Below, piece after piece: positions 47,740 through 60,705 of a stretch of 64,000 nt of DNA. The notes beneath the pieces were generated by a model that was given only the letters and a program-made list of their open reading frames with translations, was not told the DNA's origin and did no database searches. How positions within the stretch are numbered: the stretch's first letter is position 1; every line of letters begins with the position of its first letter. Where the stretch lies: positions 663,645 to 727,644 of the forward strand of contig NW_003314296.1 of the NCBI RefSeq assembly GCF_000143415.4, written 5' to 3'. Both the position numbers and the translations under genes were made by a program. Source of the stretch: Selaginella moellendorffii (lineage: Eukaryota; Plantae; Lycopodiophyta).

Positions 47740-49020
47740 CTTCACTAACCATCTCTATGTTAACATTATTTTTGGTTTGCTCTGTTGAGAGTTTTGAATA
47801 TTCTTAGCATATTATGTTTTAGGTTAATTCATTTTATAACGTTTATAATCATAAATCGTTTTACTTTTTATTAGTTTATTTTTGGTTTTCTTAAGCAAAC
47901 TGTAGGGGGATGGTATTGAATATACTTAGAATATATTTGGATATGCTAGGATAGTCTACCATATAATGGTTGTTATTCACTTAGATTAATCTTTTATTTA
48001 TAATTTTTAAAAATATTTATGATTTATAAACTTGTTTAAACACTTTCTAGTATGTTCTTTTTGGTTTGCTTAAACAAATCTGTAGGGGAATGGGATAGTA
48101 GTGGATATACTTAGAATATGCTTAGATATTCTAAAATATTCTACATCTAATGGTTGTAATTCATTTAGATTAAGCTTGTATTTATAATTTATAAACATGT
48201 TTATAATTTATAAACTTTCTTAAACACTTTATAGTACATTATTTTTATTTTACCATCTAATGGTTGATATGCAATAAAATTAATATTGTATTTATAAATT
48301 ATAAACTTTTATTTGATCATTGGATTAATAAATAGAAATAATACCACTATTAAGCAAATCAAGTGTTATTACATGCAACACATTGCAAATTATTTTATCT
48401 TTTAGACGCTGTAAATGGATATATGCTTGGCTATTCTAGAATATTTTACCATCTAATTTAATTTAATTAATATTGTATTATAATTTATAAAATTTTATAA
48501 ATACTTCTTAGTATATTCAAGTTTATTCTACTGATATGCAATAAGATTAATTTTGTATTTATAAATTATAATTATGTTTATATGGATATGGAAATAGGTA
48601 TATTAATTAGGCTTTAAACCCCTGCTTATACATAAGAATGGATGGACTAGATTCAGTCCAAATAGATAGTTGTGCTATAGTACTAGAATTAGCTTATTGG
48701 TTGAATATAACTATTATAAAAACTTGAAGCTTCTATAGAATTACCAATGTAGTTGCTAGAAACCATGATTGAAAGAAACCCAAAATCATGATATGAAAAT
48801 CAATTGACTATAGAATTCTAATAAACCATTTGCAATTCTATATGTAGTTGTGAAATACTTAAACTAAATTTGAAACCATAATTTTGAACCAAAGCCATAC
48901 TTGAGTAGTAGAGCCACCCATATATATCACAAAGGTGCCTAGATTAATCTAAAATGAATAAAAAATGTTAGAATATTTTAAAATATTTTAAATATAAAAA
49001 GTTTGGTTAAGCAAAAAAAA
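47740..49020. repeat. AT-rich repeat family C with internal subrepeats and imperfect long terminal inversion
   Basis: Near-identical to 50480-50804 joined to 57441-58530; partial copy at 62930-63320. gcttaa(g/c)caaac...tagattaatct occurs at about 47888-47992 and inverted at about 48940-49013. Confidence 0.75.
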
Positions 49021-49032
49021 AATAATAATAAT

Positions 49033-50425
49033 ATAAGTGTATAGAATATGAAAAGGGAATGCAAGAAATGTACATATCAATTAAACCAAAAACCCCAGTT
49101 TATATATAAAAGTGAGTGGTCCAGATTGAAACTAATCTGATGGCTATCAAAATTTCACTATGCTATAGCATAATAATTGTACACTTAAACTTCATATCAT
49201 CTCCTCTTCTTAGAATGATGGAAGATAGTTAGGGTTCTCTCATGGATGGACCAGGATTTAAAGGAATATTAAAAAGAGGCATCAGTGGATCTGTAGGTGG
49301 TGTTAGCTGTTTTTGATCCTTTTGTACAAAGTGTTTTAATTGTTGTACATATATAATTTTTGGAGGATTAGCTTATTGGACATCATATGAACCTCATAAA
49401 CTTGCAATTCAACTTGCTGCAACATTTGATATGGTTCTTTCCACTAAACAAGAAGCCCCTTAGATAAACAATATACCGTAAAATGGGGAAAATGAACTAA
49501 CACTAAGTCATCCACTTTGTACTCTATAGATGGACGATGATAAGAGTTGTAGCACCATTGTTGTTTCACTTGTATGCTCAAGTGTTCGACAAACTTTACT
49601 CGGACAAGTGGAAGAATGCTTATCAAATACTAATCCCACAATATAACATCGATAGGTTGTAGCAATTGCAAAGGTAAACCCAACTTTGTTGGCAATATTA
49701 GATTATAACTATATAGGAGTTTATATGGTCTCAAGAACTCAACACCTTTGTGACATATATATACCGAAGAGACAGCAAATAACCATCATAATCCGAATAC
49801 TGAAAGTTCACATATTTCACAATTAGCCTTTGAAAGTCTAAACAAACCATTTCACCAAACTATTTGACTGTGGATGATAAGCACTCGTGAAAGTGTGGTA
49901 TATCCTTAATTGAGACATCAAAACATAAAATATCTCAGCCATAAATGCAGGACCATTATCTGAAATAATCTGCTCCAGATAGGATTACTAGAACACTACT
50001 CAATTAAGGAGGAAATATCCAACAGCAATTGCAGATGTGCTAACAAAAGCACCGACTTCCACCCAACGAGTAAAGTAGTCAAAAACAATAATAATATACT
50101 CATTGCCAATAGTCGATTGTGGAAAAAGTCCCATTAGATCAAACACTACCAACTTAAACAGACAGAAAATTATAATTAACTTTAATTATCTTTTTGTAGC
50201 ATAAAGGAGTATTATGGGCTTTGCATCAAATGCAACTACACACATACTAGATAACATTACATTGTATCTCTAGCCAATAAAAAGACCTGCATAGCTTCTC
50301 AATCATATGACAATATCTTATATCCCTACCTAGAATAAAAGAATCATAATAGATATGAAGAAAGTGTAGAATAAAGATTGAAGGCACCACTAGCTGTAAA
50401 TGATTATCAAGATTTATCCCCACAA
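49033..50425 (-). mobile_element. Decayed family A 3' LTR and integrase
   Basis: Colinear with the reverse of 12630-14040, AT-shifted. Confidence 0.87.
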
Positions 50426-51365
50426 AAAAAATATTATTTCCTTATTTTTAATACATAATCATTAAAAAATAAGTTTATGTTTTCATTAACCATCGCTGTG
50501 TTAACATTATTTTTGGTTTGCTCTGTTGAGAGTTTTAAATATTCTTAGTATATTATATTTTAGGTTCATTCATTCTAATATTTATAATCTTAAATCATTT
50601 TACTTTTTATTAGCTTATTTTTGGTTTGCTTAAGTAAACTGTAGGGGGATTATGATGGGAATGAATATACTTAGAATATATTTGGATATGCTAGGATATT
50701 TTCCCATATAATGGTTGTTATTCATTTAGATAAATCTTGTATTTATAATTTTTAAACATCTTTATGATTTATAAACTTGTTTAAACACTTTCTAGTATGT
50801 TCTTTGTCAAGACCCCCAACAAGATCAAGACTGGAAAATGCAAAAAACAAAGAGAAAAGCTAGTGGAAACAAAGAAAAAGCCTTAGATTAGCATTGATTT
50901 AGATTGTGGAGAAATAGAACAAAGCTAACCTATATATACTATAGGTTGATGAAGCTCCACCACTCTTGGATCGAGGACAACCTAAATATAGCTGAGGTTG
51001 AGGAGGCATCACATCAATATCAGGAATGTGGCTCGAGACTCAGGAATTGTACAGGAAATCAGAGAGTCAGGAATAGGGAAGTGTCTCGAGAGTCAGGAAT
51101 AGGGAAGTGTCTCGAGAATCAGGAATAGGGAAGTGTCTCGAGAATCAAGAATAGGGAAGTGTCTCGAGAATTAGGAATGTGGTCTGTAGGTTAGGAATCC
51201 GGCGAGAGTCAGGAATGTGGCAAGAATTGGGGGATTCCTGACAGCACCCGCTCCTCAAGAATGAGTGGAATGAGGATGTGCATAAGAACGATGAGGAGGA
51301 TGAGATGAGCAGCGAGGGATGGGAGATGGAGAAAAAGAATGAGGACTGGGACGAGAAGGATAGCG

Positions 51366-51843
51366 GTTGATGCTTCTAATATTGGTCTTGGAGGTGTGTT
51401 AATGCAAGAAAGCCCAAGTGTACCTGGTCAGCATCATCCCATTGCATATATAAGCCGTATGTTACAACTAGCNNNNNNNNNNNNNNNNNNNNNNNNNNNN
51501 NNNNNNNNNNNNNNNNNNNNNNNNNNNNNNNNNNNNNNNNNNNNNNNNNNNNNNNNNNNNNNNNNNNNNNNNNNNNNNNNNNNNNNNNNNNNNNNNNNNN
51601 NNNNNNNNNNNNNNNNNNNNNNNNNNNNNNNNNNNNNNNNNNNNNNNNNNNNNNNNNNNNNNNNNNNNNNNNNNNNNNNNNNNNNNNNNNNNNNNNNNNN
51701 NNNNNNNNNNNNNNNNNNNNNNNNNNNNNNNNNNNNNNNNNNNNNTCATGTTTCTGATGAGCCTATTGTTCCAGCATCTGTGGATTTTTTAGACGAGGAT
51801 TCTGTGCCGTCGGCGGTTGCTGTACTTGATGTTCAGTGTCCAC
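51366..51843 (+). mobile_element. Family A RNase H fragment between two family B LTRs, containing a 273-N gap
   Basis: Flanks match 11976-12081 and 12355-12451. Confidence 0.85.
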
Positions 51844-54800
51844 TGTCAAGACCCCCAACAAGATCAAGACTGGAAAATGCAAAAGACAAAGAGAAAAACT
51901 AGTGGAAACAAAGAACAAGCCTTAGACTGGCGTTGATTCAAATTATGGAAAAATGGAACAAGGCTAACCTATATATAGTATAGGTTGATGAAGCTCCACC
52001 ACTCTTGGATTGAGGACGGCCTAAATATAGCTGAGGTCGAGGAGGCGCCACATCAATATTAGGAATGTGGCTCGAGACTCAAGCGAAGGTGAGGGAGGCA
52101 TAACATCAATATCAGGAATGTGGCTCGAGACTCAGGAATTGTACAGGAACTCGGAGAGTCAGGAATAGGGAAGTGTCTCGAGAGTCAGGAATAGGGAAGT
52201 GTCTCGAGAATCAGGAATGTGGTCTACAGATCAGGAATCCGGCGAGAGTCAGGAATGTGGCAAGAATTGGGGGATTCCTGACAACATCCCCTCCTCAAGA
52301 ACGAGTGGAACGAGGATGTGAATGAGAATGACAAGGAGGATGAGATGAACGGCGAGGGATGGGAGATGGAGAAAAAGAATGAGGATTGGGACGAAAAGGA
52401 TAGCGGCGGTGGAAGTCTTGAACAAAGTCAGGAGAATGAATCAGGTTATCCGCAGGTTCCCAAGTGCGTTCTTCAAGTTCGTAACCCTTCCAGTCGACTA
52501 GATAGTAGAGTTTAGACCGTGAAATCTTGGAATCAAGGATGTCCTGAACCTCGTACTCAGACCCATCCTCGAGCTGCACTAGTGGAGGTGGAGGAATGAC
52601 CTGATTGGGAATAGGACTGGGAATATAAGGCTCAAGGAGAGAGGAGTGAAAAACGGGGTGAATTTGATATGAGGAGGGAAGTGCAAGGCGATAAGTGACA
52701 GGATTAATGATGGTAGTGATAGGGAAAGGACCGAGGCGTTTGAAATCAAGTTTTGGACAGGGCCTGGTGGTGGAGATATTTCGCCTGAGGAGCCAAACTT
52801 TATCCCCGATATTGTAAGGGGAACAATCCTGACGATGGACATTGGCAAATGTTTTGTGAGATTCCTAAGCACGATGGAGGTGGAAGGAAATAGAGTTGTG
52901 GATTTCTTGGAGGTTGGAGACAAATGCCTCAGAGCGGGGATTTGAATGAGAGGATTCGGATGGAGAAGGAAGTGAGAGATTGAATTGGGGATTTCGGCCA
53001 GAGTTTGCAAAGAAGGGGGAAATTCGAAGAGAGGAGTGAATAGAGTTGTTATAGGAGAAGTCAGCAAGGGGAAGGATATCGAACCAGTTATCTTGATAAT
53101 AGTTGATGAAGCACCTCAAGAATTGTTCCAACGTCTGAATCGTTCGCTCGGACTGCCCATCAGTTTGAGGATGATACGCCGAAGAGAGGTTGGCCTTCAC
53201 TCCAAGCAGCTGCAAAAACCGTTGCCAGAAATGAGAGATGAACTGAGGCCCCCGATCTGAAACCACATCTGTAAGAATCCCATGAAGTCGGAAAATTTCC
53301 CTGAATACCAGTTTTGCCATGTCCTCGCCCGAAAACTCCTTGGTACATGGCAAGAAGTGTGCCATCTTTGTGAAGCGATCCACAATGACTAAAATGCTGT
53401 TGAAGCCTCCAGAACTCGAAAGATCACTCAAGAAATCCATGGAGATGGATTCCCAAGGACCTGCAGAGACCGGAAGGGAACAAAGCAAACCTGAAGGAAG
53501 GTGGCGAGGTACCTTATTCTGGGTGCAAGTGTCACAGGAGGTAACAAAAGCTTTGATGTAGTCGTCCATGTGAGGCCACCAAAAGTCCCGTACAACTAGC
53601 TCATAGGTTTTCGCAATGCCGAAGTGACCAGCAGTCGGGCTATTGTGGCACGCCATCAAGACCAGCCTTCGAGCGTCACCTTCAGGAACGTAAAGTTGCT
53701 CCCCACGGTACAATAAGCCATCTAAGAACTCAAACTCGTCAAATCGCCGACAGTCGGGAGTCACTGGGTGTCCAGCCTGAAGATGGGGGAAAATGTCGCT
53801 GGCGAGATCATCGGATTGAAGATCGTTTCTGATTGCATCCATCAAGGAGGAGTTCTAAGGGGCCAGGGAAATTGCCATAACTTGAAGCTGATCAGGACCG
53901 AGGATAACTTGATCCTATTGATCGAAGGTAGGATTACCAGGCCTGAGACTGAGATAGGAGCGCCTTGAAAGAGCATCGGGAAGGCCTTGAAGCTTTCCAG
54001 GTCTGTACTTGATAACAAAGTCAAACCGACTTAGGAATTGTGCCCACCTTGCTTGACGACAGCTTAAAACTCGGGAAGTGGCAAAGTACTCAAGATTTTT
54101 GTGATCCGTCCAGACTGTTGTTTGATAGCCCGCCCCCTCCAAGAAACGGCGCCACTCTCCAAAGGAATCCACGATGGCAAGGAGCTCCTTGTCGTGGATT
54201 AATTAATCTCTGCAGGCTGGAATTTCCGAGAATGGAAAGCGACTGGATGAAGTTCTTGATCCGCTCCGAGTTGAGATAGCATAGCACCGATGGCAAAGTC
54301 GGAGGCATCAGCCTCGATGAAGAAAGGTTGTGAGGAATCAGCATGGATCAAAACAGGAGCAGAACTGAAGGCTACCTTGAGTGTGTCGAAGGCGTGCTGG
54401 GCAACAGCAGACCAAGAGAAGGGAACATCCTTGCGAGTGAGATGCGTGAGAAGAAGGACAATGTCAGAGTAGTGATCAATGAATTTGCGGTAGAAGTTGG
54501 CAAAACCAAGGAAAACCTGAACGTCCGACATTGATTGTGGAGGCTCCCACTTGAGAATAATCTTGACTTTGGCAGGATCCATCGTGATACCCTCAGGAGT
54601 GACAATGTACCCAAGGAACTCCACAGACTGCTGATCGAAGGAACATTTCTTAAGCTTCGCATATAGGCCGTGTTCTCACAGCTTCGCCAGCACCTTGCGT
54701 ACATGTTCGTCGGGCTCCTCCTGAGTTTTTGAGTAGATGAGGATGTCATCGAGGTAAATGATCACCATCTAATCAAGAAACTCCCGAAAGACGTCGTTCG

Positions 54801-57062
54801 CCATGTGTTGGAAAACTACTGGAGCATTTGTCAAGCCAAATGGCATGACAGTGTACTCGAAGTGGCCATAGCGGGTTCGAAATGCAGTCTTCCATTCATC
54901 ACCAGGCCGGATCCGGATCAGGTTGTATGCGCCACGGAGGTCAATCTTGGTGAAGAAGCGGGCACCGCCAAGGCGTTCCAACAGGTCTGAGATCAGGGGT
55001 AGCGAATTCACCTTGTTCAAACCTCGGTAATCGATGACTAGCCACAAACTCCAATCCTTCTTCTTGACAAAGAAGACAGGTGCTCCAGCTAGGGACTGTG
55101 AATGCTGAATGTACCCCGAGGCAAAGTTCTCATCCACGTACTCTTTGAGGGCCTTAAGCTCGGACGGGGATAACCCGTAGATAGGCCCCCACGGAGGTGA
55201 CGCTCCTTCTTGTAAATCAATGGGACAATCATAAAGCCGATGAACAGGTAGTACACTAGCTTTTTTCTTGTCAAAAACATCCCCAAAATTATGATACTTC
55301 TCAGGTAGACTGACAAGAAAAACATGCAAAGCAAAAAGGAAAATAGGTTCTTCATGAAGGAGTTCTTTCATAGTGATTGTGGAGATAGGAGGAGGTGTAC
55401 GACTAAATGGAATGATGAGACGAGGATATTGTCCAATGTAAGATGGAAGAGAGGAAAAAGAAGAGGGTGAAAACTTCGTAGAGTCAGGAATAGAACCCCA
55501 ATTTGAGTTTAGGGAACTTTTCCTGATTCGGACTCGATGAACAGCAGGGGAAGCCGTGGGAGATGGTGGTGTGGGAGAGATGAGCTGTAATTCCTTCTAA
55601 CAAATCTGAGGCTGATGTAGTTGAAACCAAGGAAGACCAAGCACCACAGAGGAGGACTTGCTATTGATGATGTTGAAGGCGATATCGGTGACGGTGGACC
55701 CGATGTGTACTCAAACGGGCAACGTTTCCCTAAATCCAGAAGATGGAGACACAAAATGCCCGCCGATGCCTTCAACCCTCATATCCCATATGGTAGGAGA
55801 AAGAGGAACGTGATGTCGGGTAGCAAAGTCCGTGTCCATGAAGCAGGAAGTTGCACCTGAGTCCAGTAGCGCCAGAGCCTTGAGTCCTGATTGTCCGGTG
55901 AAAGAAAGGAGACATGGGACGCGGAAGTTGTGGGAATTGGTGGTGGCTTTGATGAAAGGTGGTGAGGAGCTTGATAAAGAAGAAAAGTGATTTTTATTCG
56001 GGGAGTCCAAAGAGACAACTCCTTCTCTATTTGGACAGGGTTGTTTCCCGACTGCAACAAAAGTGGACTTTGAGGCAAGGTGAACTCGAGCAGTCGGGGA
56101 GACTTCTTGGGACACACAACTGCTTTGTGATTAGGATCAGCACAGTAGAGGCAAAGATTATGAAATATTCGACGTTGCTTCTCAGCAGGACTCTAATGAG
56201 TCAAGGAGTACCAGAAATATCCATCGGGACCGAAGTAGTAGGTTCAGGAGTATGCCCCGAAGACTCAAGCTGGGATTCTTGAGTCTAGGACGGAAAAACA
56301 GCGGCGCGGTGACTTTCCTGACGACATTCAAAGAGACGATTGTCACATCGAATAGTTTTGTTGATGGCGTCTGATAGGTCCTTGGGATCCTCCATGGTGA
56401 GCAACAAATCCTTGACACCGTTGTTGAGGCCGAAACAAAATTGGTCAATCAGGGCCCGCTCATCCCACTGAGTGTCCAAGGCAAAGAGTTGGAACTCTAC
56501 AGCATAGACCAAGGCAGGACGAGACCCCTGAGAGAGATGTCTTATCTTTGTGGTAACAACTCGAACCCAATCCATCTCGCCAAAACATGCTTCGAGCTTC
56601 TCTTTGAACAATTGAAGATCCATCAGCTCCAGAACCACGACCCCTTTCATGCTCTTCTCTAGAAGAGGAGAAAACCATGACAAAGCTACACCTTCGAGCA
56701 ACGTCCCAATCGCGCCGATTTGAGACTCGGGAGTGGGGTACCGCTGATGTTGAATTGCAAAGATCAGTTCCATTTGGTTCAGAAATCTGCGAAGCTCCGA
56801 AAGCTTGCCTGAAAATTTTGCCGGGAAACACACCTTCGGTTTAGGAACTTTGCTGGATCCTTGAGCCGAAAGTGAAGCAAGCTCCTGCTGCATGCGAAGA
56901 AGGGTCACCTTCAGCTCGGTATTCTCAGACTGGATTTTTGCAAGGACTTCGGCAAAGAAATCAAGATGGCTTGGAGACTCCATTGGCAAGAAGAAAGAAA
57001 AAAAAGGGGAAAAAGACAAAGGCAATCAAACAATTGAAACGAGCTAAAGCAAAAGCAAAAAG

Positions 57063-57183
57063 CACAATCTGAATCAAACTGTTAAGACCCCCAACAAGAT
57101 CAAGACTGGAAAATGCAAAAGACAAAGAGAAAAGCTAGTGGAAACAAAGAAAAAACCTTAAACTGGCGTTGATTCAGATTGTG
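57063..57183 (-). promoter_or_regulatory. Self-priming PBS of family B
   Basis: 57063-57077 is a perfect 15-bp inverted repeat of 57169-57183, which lies about 23 nt downstream of the LTR TATA. No TGG-type tRNA PBS. Confidence 0.8.
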
Positions 57184-58533
57184 AAAAAATGGAACAAGGC
57201 TAACCTATATATATTATAAGTTGATAAAGCTCCACCACTCTTGGATCGAGGACGGCCTAAATATAGCTGAGGTCGAGGAGGCGCCACATCAATATCAGGA
57301 ATGTGGCTCGAGACTCAAGAATTGTACAGGAAATTAGAGAGTCAGGAATAGGGAAGTGTCTCGAGAATCAGGAATGTGGTCTGCAGGTCAGAAATCTAGC
57401 GAGAGTCAGGAATGTGGCAAGAATTGGGGGATTCCTGACATTCTTTTTGGTTTTCTTAAACAAATCTGAACGGGAATAGGATAGTAGTAGAATATGCTTA
57501 GATTACCATCTAATGGTTTTAATTCATTTAGATTAAACTTGTAATTATAATTTATAAACATGTTTATAATTTCTTATATTTCTTAATTTATTTAATTTAT
57601 ATTTATTATATTATATTTATATTATATTATATTATATTATATTATATTATATTATATTTATATTTATATTTATTATTTATTATAATTTATATAATTTATA
57701 TTATATTTCTTAATTTCTTAAAAACTTTATAGTACATTCTTTTTATTTTACCATCTAATGGTTGATATGCAATAAAATTAATATTGTATTTATAAATTAT
57801 AAACTTTTATTTGATCATTGGATTAATAAATAGAAATAATACCACTATTAAGCAAATCAAGTGTTATTACATGCAACACATTACAAATTACTTTATCTTT
57901 TAGAAGCTGGGTTTTTAAACGGATATATGCTTGGCTATTCTAAGATATTTTACTATCTAATTTAATTTAATTAATATTGTATTATAATTTATAAAATTTT
58001 ATAAATACTTCTTAGTATATTCAAGTTTATTCTACTGATATGCAATAATATTAATTTTGTGATTATAAATTATAATTATGTTTATATGGATATGGAATTA
58101 GGTATATTAATTAGGCTTTAAACCCCTGCTTATACCTAAGAATGGATGGACTAGATTCAGTCCAAATAGATAGTTGTGCTATAGTACTATAATTAACTTA
58201 TTGGTTGAATATAACTATTATAAAATCTTGAAGCTCCTATAGAATTACCAACGTAGTTGCTAGCAACCATGCCTACAAAAAACCCAAAGTCATTATATAA
58301 AAATCAATTGACTATAGAATTCTAATAAACCATTTGCAACTCTATATGCAATTGTGAAATATTCAAACCAAACTTGAAACCATAATTTTGAACCAAAGCT
58401 ATACTTAAATAGTAGAGCTACCCGATTATATCGTAAAGGTGCTTAGATTAATCTAAAATGAATAAAAAATGTTAAAATATTTTAAAATATTTTAAATATA
58501 ACAAGTCTGGTTAAGCATAAAAAAAACTAACAG

Positions 58534-60660
58534 TATGACTGCATGGAATATGGAAAGGGAATACAAAAAATGTACATATTAATTAGCCCAAAAACCCTAG
58601 CTTATATATAAAAGTGAGTGGTCCAAATTGAAACCAATTTAACGGCTACCAAAATCTCACTATGCCAATATTAATATTTAACATTGTAACCATACACTTT
58701 CCAACAACTTCTCCCCAGACAATCCAAGAGATCAACAGTGTGAGGAAAAGGGTACACATTCGGGATCATCATTTCATTTAATGGATGATAGTCAATGTAG
58801 AAACAAATACTCCCATCAGGCTTTGTCACAAAATAAGGTTCATACGCTCACAGACTCCACAACTTTTGAATAACACCTTTATCTAACATTTTCTTATTTG
58901 CACATAAAATCTTGACCTCTCTGAATGATCGATAACAAATTGGAACATTTATTGGACGAGCATCCCTAGTTGGAATAAGATGACGTATGGAAATATTGGC
59001 CCCAGATGATAGGTCAAATTCAAAAAGATTGGCATACTCCTTCACGAGTCGATTGTAAGCTCATGAATTTGGACTTCCTGGGAGGTCACCCAACCCAGTA
59101 TTATTTAAACCCAAGGATGCTTAACCCCAATTATCCCAAGACCTTTAACCGATTGGAAAAAAAGGTGCACTTTTATTCATAGGCCCTTTCCCTCTATATT
59201 TGAACCCCATGGACTGTCTCTTGAGTCATTTTTTTTTGTTTCTTACAATCCACTACACTTCCTTGCAAGTTCACGCCCTTGTGAATGGAAGTTGAGAGCC
59301 GCAGCTCTCCCGAGAGCCCCACTCTCTTGACACCCTACCCCTCGGGTCGAGCCCAACCGGAGCATACTAGACCTACCAGATGTCAATCAACATGTAGTGT
59401 GATTTCCCTAGCTAACCAACAAAGTCGGACCCAAGACCTTTCTGATACCAAATGTAAGCTCCTGAATTTGGACTTCCCGGGAGGTCACCTAGCCCAATAC
59501 CATTCAAACCCAAGGACGCTTAACCCCAATTATCTCAAGACCCTTAATCGATTGGAAAATACGGTGCATTTTTATTCATGGGCCCTTTCCCTCTATATTT
59601 GAACCCCATGGACCATCTCTTAAGTCGTTCTCTTTGGTTACTTACACCAATCAACTACTACAATATAAAGACTATTTGAGGGATTTGAAAAGGGAAGAAA
59701 GGAAAAAAACGGAAATATAAGAGAAAGTAAAGAAGAGATAAAAGTGATGAAAGCAAAAATAGAAGTAGAGGGACAAAGAGGTATAAAAATGAGAAGAATG
59801 GAAAAAATATAAAGAAGTATAAAATAAAAGAGAAAAACCCCAAAGTTACATTTGGCATAATTTGCGCTACAACCAATCCATACTAAGGATGACGTCAGAA
59901 ACTTGACTTAACACCATCACAATGAGTGTAACTCAAGCTTGAGATCACCCACACGCACAACTAGATTTGCCTCATCAGCACATACATATGTACGGCCGTT
60001 GCCATAAAAAATGAAAACTAACTTTGCTACATGATGTAAATGTAAATAACAACATGTGGCAACAAGTCGAGTAATAGAAGATAAACTCAAACATATATCA
60101 ACTAACATGGAGAGAATAATATAAAACCTATTGTTATAAAAACAAATTTAGAAAGCAAACATTGGATGAACTAGTGTTAAGTGAACGTTTTGATAATACT
60201 CCCGAAAGAAAGATGAAGAAGTCACTGATTTATTTATGCAAAATCCCTTCACTACTCGCACGACTCCTTGTTTCCTAGATGCATCTTGGTGTCCAAACCT
60301 TCCATTACAACAGCACCAATAGAGTGTTGAAAACGCCAAGGTCTCCATCCAAGAAATGGAGATTGTCAATTCAGAAAACACCGATAATACCAATAAGTGT
60401 GACTAATTTCATCACACATCTAGCATTAGATGTCACGATCATGACCATGTCCTCGCCTTTATCTTTGAATTCAAGCAGTAATAATATCAACTTCCATTAG
60501 CACATAACCATCTCCCACAGGAAATGGAGTTGAAAGATATATAATGAGAAGTGGAAAAGACGACATTTCATATTATTGTGCTAAGTAAAAGGCATCATCA
60601 AATGTGGCTAAAGCAAATGTATGCACAAGTTCTACAAAATCTTAACAATCTTGGTTATTA
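58534..60660 (-). mobile_element. Decayed family A fragment (gag-protease-RT start joined to a partial LTR)
   Basis: Colinear with the reverse of about 9970-11320. LTR piece at 58534-58700. Confidence 0.85.
59054..59646 (-). mobile_element. Cassandra-like TRIM, best-preserved copy
   Basis: 194-bp LTRs 59453-59646 and 59054-59247, PBS TGGTATCAGA, decayed TSD TCGAT/CCAAT. gttaagcgtccttgggtttgaatggtattgggctaggtgacctcccgggaagtcc resembles 5S rRNA. Confidence 0.9.
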
Positions 60661-60705
60661 AAATCCCATTACACTAATATTAATATACAATATTGTAATT
60701 AGACT

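Larger units (their letters stand above)
50805..57440 (-). mobile_element. Tcn1-like chromovirus (family B), decayed, three LTRs
   Basis: LTRs 57080-57440, 51844-52283 and 50805-51243, outer TSD TTCTT. Gag (FSGK..LRRFL), [42 protein letters not shown], integrase and chromodomain EYEVQDILD...YLVDWKGY...TWEP. Confidence 0.95.

Noticed and set aside
51062-51170. CRISPR-like array
   Set aside because: Contiguous repeats without spacers inside a eukaryotic LTR.
51339-51902. ORFs spanning the N gap
   Set aside because: Artefacts of untranslatable Ns.
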